A DNA stretch of 64,000 nucleotides, from positions 8,308,001 through 8,372,000 of the forward strand of contig CM102289.1 in assembly GCA_046563655.1 (NCBI GenBank), given 5' to 3'. The notes beneath the pieces were generated by a model that did not search any database, was not told the DNA's origin, and worked only from the letters and a program-made list of their open reading frames with translations. A program made the translations under genes and the position numbers. The stretch comes from Yuukianura sp. NJ FZ-2021. Lineage: Eukaryota. Shown piece after piece: positions 38,002-48,845 of the stretch; position 1 is the first letter of the stretch, and each line of letters begins with the position of its first letter.

Positions 38002-41000
38002 AAAAAACTAGTTTATTTCTCAAATTTTGAAAATGTCGATCAGGGATTAATATTTCATTGTGTTTTAGTGTTAACAGTCACAATTTGTTTCAAAATTGAA
38101 AACTAGAAATAGAAATGGACATTTTATGTACAATTCCACCGGATTTTTGAGTTTTTAGTGAGGATCAGTTTTTATTTCATAATTTTAGCTAGAATTCGGT
38201 TGTTTCATTTTTTCGAGTAGAATGGATGGAAATTTTGGTTTGGTGGTTTTTTGAAAATCGGGAAACTGTTTTTTGAGCCTGCGTGAGGCAGGGTTAATCC
38301 AAATCCCCATGTAGCGATTTCATTATAAGCACTAAAGGATAGTCTCTATTCTTCTCCCTTCCCACACTCAAATCCTATGTTGGCTTTTGAGGATTACGAT
38401 TACGAAAAAAGAAGATTTTGCTTTCCCCTGACTCACTTTCTCATCCCCCACCACACAAAACTTCCATTTGAGAATTTTAGAAAAAAAGAAGAAGAAGGAA
38501 CCAATAAAAAACGGAAATAGAAACCGAATTCTTTATCTGCGGCGGAAATGAAAGATTCAGTTTGAATAAATTCCAAAATCTTACCAATTTAAGTTTTAAA
38601 CTTCTTCTTTATAAGATCACAGAATTTGTTAAACTTATATTATGGCGGTAGGCGCCAATTTTGAAAAAAGAACTGCTTTTTAAGAAAAATGAAAAAAGTG
38701 AAATTCGTATGTGCTGAAATGACTTTTGCTAAAGAATGAGAAATTTCACCGCCTCGTAGATTTTTATTTTTGTTTCAAGTTTCATCTATTTTGATGAGGA
38801 GTATTTGATGAAGCAATTCAGAAAATGTAAGGCTTCATTACATCAAATTTTTCATAAAAACTACTTATTTTTGAAACAGTGAAACCCATTTTTGGAAGGA
38901 AATTGCACACACCGGTTTCCTCTCCTGGCACTTTTCTGGGAAGTGTTCTCATAAAATATAAAATGAAACTGGACGATACTTCAAATAAACGCGCCTGTTG
39001 TGAGAAAGCACACGAGAGAAGGCTATAGTTATTAGGCAACATAAAATAAACTAGAAAGTTATGAGAAGCACAGTCGCGGGCAGTTTTGAAATTCTAAAGC
39101 GCACACTATTTTCAAAAACGACGTGAAGTAGGACTTGTATGGCGATGGTTTTTGACAAAAGTATCGCTACTTTTCAAAATTTCCATTTTGTTTAAAATGC
39201 AAGTCCAGACTCGTTCTCGGTCTATTTGCTCAACGGATTCACCATAGTCATCACTTTCCTCATTAGAACTGGCGTTACTTTCTCTCTGAGTTTCCTTTGT
39301 AGATACCGTAAAGCTTCCACTAATAGCCGGCCTCCAATGAAACCCGGCTTCCTATACAGGCCAGGTCCAAGGTTGTTTAAATCGTGTTTGTTTTTTCTTA
39401 ACAGGTTTTACCATAATTCCTTTTTTCAAATTTTTAAAGGTTAGTTTTTTGAACCGCACGTCGGACACGGTTACGTTGCTTAGCAACTTGAAATCAAAAC
39501 TATGACTCGGCGACGTTAAAATTCAAACATTTCAAAGCATTATTGAGAAAATCAGCAAAATTCTTCCGAAATTCCTCCAAAAGTTGTTTTTTTCTTGTTT
39601 TTGTTTTATGAAAAGTTAGAGATAAGGCATAACCTGTTACGGCATTTGTATAAATGTCCACTACAGCTACCTTGGGTAGCAAATATAAATAACAATCTAG
39701 CCAATTACTTTATGTTTTACGGTATTCCACAAAATTTAGCTACTTTTTGAAAAGTTAAGCGCCAAGCATCAGTCCCAGATGACTGATTCCTATGCGGTGG
39801 TCTGTAATTGGTAATCATTAGGCAGCGGCGGCAGGAGAAAACCGTGAATTTGTCCAGAAACCGTGGAAGCATCTGCTGGTTGTTCTTCAAGTTAGTTCCA
39901 CACAACTGAACTTCGTATGCAGTTCAAAGTCTCTCGGGACTAAAAGATCAGAAGAACAAGAACAAAGATGCAAATAGTCACTTGGAGAATATTTAAATAA
40001 TAAATTAGGCCTACACAACCATCTTAGACATTCAGATCATGTAAGTAACGGCGGCAGGGTTTGAAAATCTTCTACAGCGCCACATTTTGAATCTTCCCAC
40101 CACCACATGAGGGTTTGTCTAATGGAGATTCATTACTGAACCTTTGAACTTTGTAGCGTGAAAGCCTACCCAGTGTCCAAGGGGACCAAATTTCCGAAAT
40201 TTCTCCCCCATGCACAAAAATTTCAAATTTTCCACCTCTCTTGTTCTGTTACACGCATTTTCAGAAGTTCCACTAAGAATGTGAATAAGACAGATGTGAA
40301 TAGGAAATTTTGAAGAAAAAAAAAGTCGTTTTTGGAAATAAAGGAGGCTGGAAAATGCTTTCACTTTATGCCTAACTTTCTCCTTCACCCTCCTCGCCTC
40401 TTAACATTCGATTTGGACACATCAAGTTCTGCTGGACGTGACATCCCCCTTCCGTCGTCATTCTTCCCATGGACACGTCTAATTTCTCTTCATTGATGTC
40501 CACTTGGGGAAATTCAATTGGGGTCCATACAGTAGTAGGCAAGGAAGTTCAGAAGAAATGCAGAAAAAAAGTTGGATTGAAAAGAAAATGAGATTTCCCA
40601 TTGTGCAGGATTTACTTTCTCCCACATCCACTTTCACTTTCTCCAATCCCTTTTTCTAGCATAACCTAACCTTAACCTAACCATAGCCATAACCTATCCA
40701 TCCTCCCTCTATTCCATTCTCTAGAGTGTTCTGGACCCCCTGGTGGATCCACCGGGGTCACTTTTGGCACTTGGCGGCAGTTCCTGAGGTCACGCAGTGA
40801 TGTGTCATAGTTTTTCGAACCACTCTTGACACCCAAACTTACGCTCCATACTAATACACTAACTTTGTAAAAAAATGCAAACGTACTAAGATAAAAGAAA
40901 ACTAAAGTATACATAACTTTATTTGCGCTTGCTAGTACAGTTTTCCGAAAAAAAATTTCCCTTTATTGATTTTGTTCCTGTGCAAAGATCTTTGAAAAAA

Positions 41001-41359
41001 GAGAGGCGTCTTGTTTCTACATTTCAAAATCTAAATTTTGAAATTTGAGTGAAGCATATCGTTTGTCAATAAAAACTTAGAGGTAAAAATGCAGAAGCTG
41101 TGTTAAATATTAGGTACCAATGCCCAAGAAATTCGTTTGTTTTAGATTACTGGTGAATGTTCTCCGTAAGATTTATTTATTTTACGTAAGTTGGTGCTAT
41201 TTGCAATGATAAATCATCTTCCAAGAATTTTGAAATTGAGTCATGGTAGACAAAGCGACTCAACGACATTGGGTTTCGGTTTTGCTACTTATAACTTTAC
41301 TTGGATGCATTACAAGTTTATTCCAAAAACTAGCTTCAACGGAAACGCAGCAAGACAGA

Positions 41360-42901
41360 ATGAACTCTGGTCACATTTTGGCAATACTGACCATCATTAC
41401 GATCGTCGGTAAGGAGAAAAAACCAACAATATAAGAACCTTCGATACTCCGATTTGGAAAGCCTAAATTTCCAAATCATTTTGAATTTTTTGGTTCATGA
41501 ATATATAGGTATCGGGGTGGGTGCATTGCCGCGAACCGTTTCGGGTGTTTCAATTGGCACAAATGAAGGCGATGTAATCATCACGAGAAAGTCGTCGAGT
41601 AACGTACAAGTGACTTCGTCGAGTAACGTAAACGTGACTTCGTCGAGTAACGTAAGCGTGACTTCGTCGAGTAACGTACAAGTGACTTCCCGTCAACAAT
41701 CGTATATTACTAACCGCCACGGTAAGAAATGCCGGATAAATGGTTCCGCTTACGTCTCTGTGGTACAGAGCTTGCCCACCTCAATGAATACCCGGACGCT
41801 ATTGAACGTTACACAGCAAATCACAAATGGGAAGCTGTTACCTGGCGACATCATTTTGAAACCTGGTACCCATGGGGTGGGTGCAGTGCCAGAAGCCGCG
41901 ACGAATTATCCAATATCTCGGGACGATGTAATCACCAGGGCTAAGTTTTGGAGTAATTTGGGAGTTCCTTACAGTCAAACAGCGTATCATGCAGATCCCG
42001 ACGGAAAAGAATACCGAACAGATGACTCCGGTTACGTCGCTATGGTTTGGAAACTGCCGACTTACATGAATATCCGGATGATACCGTCCTTCACAAAACC
42101 AATCACAAAAAACCAGCTGTTACCCGGTGACATTATTTTGAAAGCTGGTACCCATGTGGTAATTTTTGACAAATGGGTAGATACTGCCAAAACAATGTAC
42201 TGGGCCTATGAACAAACACCACCAGCCACCAAGTATCACCAAATCAACCGGTACCCGTACTTGGGTCGCAGTGGTTACTATCCGTATCGATACTACAACA
42301 TTGCTCAAACTGATGCAGCGTAAGCGAAACAATACTAATATTATCTCATAATTATTTAAGTAATTGAAATAATACATTAAATTAAAAACACACTTAAAAA
42401 GTTTCTATTTGTAGAAGTACAACAACGCCTGCAAGTACTAGACCTTGCAGTTGCCCGCCATCGCCATTGAATGTTGCGACAAACAATGCTTCGTCATCAG
42501 TACTTTGTGCAACGGAAATGCAGGGAACTTGTGATCCAAAGGGCCTCTACTACTGTGCCTACCTTAATGGATGGAATAACAACCAGGGGTCCCTTAGCAC
42601 ACTTACTGTTTGCCAGGAAGGATGCTACTACTACTTGGGCAAGTCCAATGCAAGATGCAGGAACGAAGATTTTCAACAAATTATGGAAGATGCTCAAAAT
42701 AGAGCTAGTACGGGACGTCGATCTGCGGAATCAGGCTCGCAGTCAGAAGACGTTCAAGAAGGCGAGGAAGTTCCGTGTGACGATTTGCAATTTAGTGGGC
42801 AAAATGGCATGGGACCAAGCGGTGCACTTCGTCCACAAATTTTTCCAAAATTTTGTATTTTCATGCTTACAGTAGTGCCTAGTGTTTTCAAAACCTTTTG
42901 A
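41360..42901 (+). CDS. NlpC/P60-fold (actinobacterial-type) protein with catalytic Cys replaced by Asp, a partial N-terminal duplicate, a Cys-rich domain and a GPI-like tail (3 exons, ~448 aa)
   Basis: Exons are 41360-41408 (donor G|GTAAGG), 41509-42319 (donor GC|GTAAGC) and 42415-42901 (acceptor tttctatttgtag), and the phases are consistent. Signal peptide MNSGHILAILTIITIVGIGVGA. The domain ISRDDVITRAKFW...VPYSQ...YRTD[D]SGYVAMVWKL...LLPGDII...HVVIFDKW......YWAYEQTPP...YPYRY matches the YRxDCSGYVSMAW...LxPGD...HVxxF subfamily. Confidence 0.85.
41592..41689 (+). repeat. Coding 24-bp tandem repeat x4 (SSSNV[Q/N/S]VT)
   Basis: Unit tcgtcgagtaacgtacaagtgact repeated four times, varying only at the sixth codon. 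Confidence 0.95.
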
Positions 42902-44475
42902 ATTTGTTTGTATTACCTGTAGCGGCCACAGCTATGGTGGTTTTAAATTGTTTTACATCAACTTCACATTTGTTTCAGGCTTTTCACTAAAAAAGAATTT
43001 CCATTTTACGACACCATTTACTAAAAATTTTAAAAACAAACCATAAGTAGCCGATATAACTTAAACAGATTAAATATTCTTTATTTTATTTGTCGAATAT
43101 TTTCTTGGTTATCCAGAATTGAAATGGATATCAATAAATGAGTTCGAGTTTTTTTTAAAAATCTGTCAATTTAGAAATTTTTTTTTTTGAAAATTAAATT
43201 TTGAAAAGGTTTGCTCAAAAAAAAAATGAAAAAAGTACTCAGGTTAACTAGTGAATAAAAATAGTTCCTTAGACATTTGTGAATTAGAAGCGTGATTTTG
43301 AAAATTAAAATTTGTGAATTTCAGAATCGATTTTTCTGTTTTGACATTTGAATGAAACTAATCCTGGTGTTGAAGTGTTAAACGGCATGAAAGAGGGCGG
43401 CGGCAGGATATGAAATACGGAATCGGCACGCCGTGTCGCTTTTGCTCGTTTGTATCTATAAGCTATGTGTTATGCTACAAAGTCTAAGAATATTTCGGAG
43501 GGTGAAAAACGATTTAGAAAATTCATGGACCATTTAACAATACTTTGGTTGTACTTCCAAGTCTTTTTTTGCACCTCTTAAGGCTTAACGGAAATTGACA
43601 AGATGAATGCTTCGTATTAGGCCTCTTCTGGACACAAATTTGTGAGGAACAAAAAAAGCTAAGAGATTTCTAAAGTAGATTGAAACAGCAGAGACAAACT
43701 ACAAATTTTCTGCGAATTTTGAATTCACAAACAAGCGAACAAATAAATCTGTTGACGCATTCAGATTTTTCGTATGAAACTAAAGGAAACGAGTTTCATG
43801 AAATCTTTAACGAACTGAAAGCTTAGTTTGCATTCGCCAAAGATCACTTTCTTTGAAAAAGAAGAAGAAAAATTGGCAATTTTGATCTTTTGACAAGATA
43901 GTTTCTCTTGCTAACTAGGATTTTCTTTTATCAAAATTTCTAAGAAAACGCGCCTCCCTCGTTTGTAACTTTATTTTCTTCAACTCCATTAAATCTGAAA
44001 AAAAAAATCCTTCTTTTTCACTTTTTGAATTTTTTTTTTTGAAACTCACAAACCGATTATTTATGACTTATAGAGACAGAGTTCACAGCTTACAAAAATT
44101 CAAAAGAAGTCCATTCCCCTTTCATTTAAAAAAACTGTTTTTTCCTTTCTATCTTTTCACATCCATGACCTTAGCTTTCCCTATTTTGGCACAACAGACA
44201 ACAGCTTGTGAAAAAAAGCAAGTTCAGAAATTCAAATCCAATGTTTCAAAACTGAAAAACCCGCCTTCCGCTTCATGACACTTTATAAAAAAAGGAAATT
44301 TATTTTGTTGAGAATATTAAAACGTTGACTCAATAAAGTGCAAGTTAAACGCAAAAACAACATTTGACTTTCCCTTTTTCCTAAAGTGCGACGTATGTGA
44401 CATTTTGCGTACCAAAAACTGACAGATTTCTAGGACAATATTTCTTTTTTGTCCAACTGCCACTTTCCGCAAGAA

Positions 44476-45263
44476 CAGTCTTGTACTGTCTTCCGTCTTC
44501 CAGTCTTCACGTCTTCCGAAGAGAAACAGCTGATTCGTCTTCCAGTCTTCCGTCTTCCGTCTTCCAGAGATTGGTTCGTCTTCCGATCTTCCGTCTTCCG
44601 TCTTCCAGAGAATTTTTTGTCTTCCGATCTTCCGTCTTCCGTCTTCCAAAGAATTTTTTGTCTTCCGGTCTTCCGGCTTCCGTCTTCCAGAGAATCTTTC
44701 GTCTTCCGGTCTTCCGGCTTCCGTCTTCCAGAGAATATTTTGTCTTCCGGTCTTCCGGCTTCCGTCTTCCAGAGAATATTTTGTCTTCCGGTCTTCCGGC
44801 TTCCGTCTTCCAGAGAATTTTTAGTCTTCCGGTCTTCCAGGCAGTGTTTTGTTCTATAGTCTTCCGACTTCCATAGGCTGTTTTGTCTTCCAGTCTTCCG
44901 TCTTCCAAAGAATTTTTCGTCTTCCGATCTTCCATCTTCCGTCTTCCAGAGAATTTTTCGTCTTCCGATCTTCCGTCTTCCGTCTTCCAGAGAATCTTTC
45001 GTCTTCCGGTCTTCCGGCTTCCGTCTTCCAGAGAATCTTTCGTCTTCCGGTCTTCCGGCTTCCGTCTTCCAGAGAATTTTTAGTCTTCCAGTCTTCCGGC
45101 TTCCGTCTTCCAGAGAATTTTTAGTCTTCCAGTCTTCCGGCTTCCGTCTTCCAGAGAGTTTTTCGTCTTCCAGTCTTCCGTCTTCTAATCTTCCGGAAGT
45201 CGGAAGAATGAAGCCGGAAGACGTCTTCCATGGAAGAATCTTCCGGAAGACAGTACATCACTG
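44476..45263. mobile_element. Non-autonomous hAT-like element filled with a ~40-bp gtcttcc-based minisatellite
   Basis: 20-bp TIRs cagtcttgtactgtcttccg / cggaagacagtacatcactg (18/20 match). Perfect 8-bp TSD cgcaagaa at 44468-44475 and 45264-45271. About 16-17 internal units like gtcttccggtcttccggcttccgtcttccagagaatatttt. Confidence 0.88.
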
Positions 45264-48200
45264 CGCAAGAAGAAACTTTGTCTTTTCATTTTTTCAAAAA
45301 GCCACATTTTTGAATTTTCTTTTTTCAAAAAAAAAGTTTCAAGAGAATGTCGGCATCTTCAGCGGTGCTCTTTGTAGCGGAAAGGAAAAGTGAAAGTGAG
45401 TAAAGTCAGTTTTTTTTTCAGAGGTTTGAAGTTGGCTTTTTCCCAGAAAAGATTTACGCTGATGTCCCGTTTTCTTAGAAAAAGCAACTTTTTTTTTCGT
45501 TTTTCTTCAAAAATGATCTTTTGAAAAAGATGGGAACGGAAATGGTCACTTTCACTTTCACTGTTTTCTTCTAGCCTCCAAGGAGAAAGTTACAAGGGCC
45601 TTACACTCTCTCACTTGTGTAATATTTTACATTGAGTCATTCTGTTTTCCCTTAAGATTTCTTTTTCCTCATGGCCAAAACCTTGAATTCATTTTTTTTA
45701 CTCATGTTTTACTTTTTTGAAAAAAGGCGGCTAAGCAGTTACTTTTGCACCGCCTACCGTCTTAACTTTTCCTTTGTGCAGCGCGTCTTTTGTGTAGCAA
45801 TGCGTTTTTGTGCAAGCCAAACTTCTTACGAATTCAAAATCCAAACTTAACCGCTGGGCATCTGCCTTTGCCTTTTCAAGTTCAAATTTTAAGTCAAATT
45901 TTCCCGCGCTCCGTTGCCCCTCGGTTCTCTCAATTTCAAAATCATCTATTATACAAACATCCATGAAAGTTGAAACCACCCAACGAGAAACAGAGTTGCA
46001 AAGGATTTGAGATTTTTTTTGCTTTTTCAACAAAAATTTTAATGAAAATTTTGTGAATTGGAAAAAGAAAAAGAGGTTCTGTTTACTTTTTCTTTACAAA
46101 ACAGGAAAGTAGTCGGCGAAGAGTCCCCACGCTCATTTGAAATTTCGAGAGCTTCGTAGTTTTCCGCTTCCGCTTGTCGTTACTTCCAAGTCTTAAAATT
46201 TTATCGACTTGAAGTTTTAACTAAAAAGCAAAAGTAAAAGGAGTACTACACGGCCTACTTCAAAATAATGATTCAACTTCTTGTACTTCAGTCATTGGTC
46301 GTTTTGACTTTTTATGAAAAAACAAATTTCCGTAATTTCAGTTTAGTACTCCTAAAAATAATAAGTAGATGCAAGTTTTTATGAAAAACTTGTGTCTTTC
46401 TGTTTTCAATTTGAGAATGTTAACTTTCTTTAAAAAAAACTTTGAAAAGGGAACTGTTGTTACAAGTGAAACGTAAAAGAAAAACTAATTTTAGAAAACT
46501 TGAAAAGACTTTCAAAAGTTTGTCGTGTATTGGCCAATTCTTGTCATCCGTTTCTTTTGAAAAGAAAGTATTAATAGGATGCCTAAAAGGAAGTAAAATG
46601 ACAGATGGATCTTTCAAAAAGTAAAAAAAAAACGAAAACTGGCAACAAAAAAAGATGAGCGACGTGGGAGAGACATAGACTAGAGTTAATAAATTTTTTG
46701 CATCTCACAGCCCATAGTCTATACACTTTTGTTTCAGAAGATGAAAATGTAGAGGCGGGACTTTAAAAAAAAAGAAAGAAGTAAAAACTTTCTAATCCAG
46801 TTCAAGTAAGAAAGAAAACTTAAGGACATCAGAAACAAAAAAAGTTTTTGAAATTTGAAATGAAAGGGTTCCTTAAGTTAAGACAAAAAAAACTTTCTTT
46901 TTTTTTAAACTAAATTTTCCCTCCATTTTCTCAAGAGCTCATCCTCTCAATTTAGAATAAGATGAGAGAGAAAGTAAGGAACCACAATGAATTTTAGGGC
47001 AAAGAAAAAAAGAAGAGACAAAGGAGATAATACGTGATGCTTTCTTCCGTCTTCTACCTTTCTAAAAACTTAAATTTTGAACTTTTGAATTCCCCCGCCA
47101 GAACTCCCGCAACTGAAAATAAAATGTGGAAGGAGCAGAAGATGATGACTATTATCATTAGACACACCACTAGGAGGGAAACTTAAGTTTTTTTGATGCT
47201 CCTCTTAGGGGTTGCTACATGCTACAAAAAATTTTTTTTAGAAAGTTGAAAAGTGCTTTTTTTCGTTTTAAATTTACTCCCGCGACTTTCTCTTTCTTAT
47301 CTCCAAAGTCTCCCCCATCATTTCATCAGAAACTTAACTTCAAAAGTGACTATCAGGACTAGAATTAAAAGTTTAGAAAAAAGTTTTTCAAAAAAGTGCC
47401 ACTGTATCTCAAGCATCAAACTGTAAAAGCGAAAAGCGTCTTTTTAGTGATAATCTTTTAGGTTTAATACCGTAATGGATCCATTTCAGCTTAAAAAGTG
47501 ACATTTAATTCAGTTGCAATTTCAAAAAAATGTCAAAAAAGTTTTTTAAATAGGTAGAAATAGGTTAGAAACGTGTTTTTCGTGTTTTTTCAAAATTAAA
47601 AAATTTTGTAATAAGGCGACAAGGAAATATCTGCAGTTACAACAATGTTTTGGAGATCTTCAAAAATATTGTCAGCATTTCACATAACTTCCAGGCGAAA
47701 CATAAAATCCGAAATTTTGAAAAGTTTTTCAGGAAAAACTTATTACTAAAAATAACCAGAAGAATTAAGGTGCCTGTAAAAATTAAGAGGGGGAGAGTCA
47801 CATTATTGGATATTTATGACAAAAGTTTTCGGTGTTTTCTTTATGCCTTCTTTGGTTTATGGGCCAGAGATGATAAGGCTACTTTCACTGGATACTTTCA
47901 CCAGCTCGATTAACTTTGTCGTACATTCACCCAACTTTTACTCTTTTCTTCTTGTCGTCAACCATCTTTAGGATTCTTAGAAACCTAAAACACTGGAACC
48001 CACCATGGACCCACCGGAGCCACCAAAAGTTAAAGCACACATCATTATCTCAGAACCAAAAGACTATGAAACCCACCCACATTTCATTTCCACACAAAAG
48101 AAAACTTATCCTAATGAATTGAACCGAGCAATAAACCTTCTTTCTTAAGTTCTAAGCCTAGTCTGAGTATTTTCTTTCGTTTTTTTAACAAATGGATTCA

Positions 48201-48845
48201 GCATTCACCAAAAGTTTTTGAAATGGAGGGTTTAGTTTTAGCTACTTTGGAAAATGACCTCTTAGGGCACAAAGGTTCAGAAGAGTTTTCAAAATGAGCG
48301 CTTTAAGTTTAAGTTCTGATGGAAATTACTGAAATGCTTAAGTGTTGGCAACAGTCGCATAATTGCTGCTTTCAAACGCACACAATTTCTCTCCACAGTG
48401 CAATTAGCACAAGCAAAAAGTTCATTTTGAATGTTAAATTTTCATTCATTTGTTACACTTTTGGTCTTGGAGCTCAAAAACTATTTCGTTCTGGTACCAA
48501 TTTTAAAGTCTATAGAAAAGGCTAATTTTTTTAAGTGCTTTAGATAGGTTGAAGCCTCTCGGTTGTGTAACGTTGGAGTTTGGTAGTAAAATGTTATATC
48601 TTCTGAAAATGAAGATTATGGTGCTAACTAAGATGATTAAGCAACTTAAAGTCCTTATTTAACTATACTCAACTAGGCTAAAATTAAACTGTTTTTCACT
48701 TTAACTCTTCAGAAGTTTAGGCGGACACTTTCAAAAGTGTCTAAAGTTATCTTTTGCAAAGCTAAAAAATTAAACTTGTTCAAACTTTTAGTAAATTCAA
48801 AAATTGAATCAAAACAAACGCGGCGACAAAATCCACAGCAGTGAT

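Noticed and set aside
39368..39675. Third CAAGG MITE copy
   Set aside because: The left end resembles the family TIR, but the right end is degenerate and no TSD matches, so it is not annotated as a feature.
35811..42901. Bacterial contamination as the source of the GH135 and NlpC/P60 genes
   Set aside because: Both genes have phase-consistent GT-AG introns, sit in host-like AT-rich flanks, and are interleaved with eukaryotic genes without operon structure. Read-level confirmation is still needed.
44488..45190. CRISPR-like look (repeats with short variable linkers) and several overlapping ORFs
   Set aside because: The linkers are ~10 nt and mutually similar, there are no cas genes, and the context is eukaryotic. 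The ORFs arise from a stop-poor repeat inside a TIR element.
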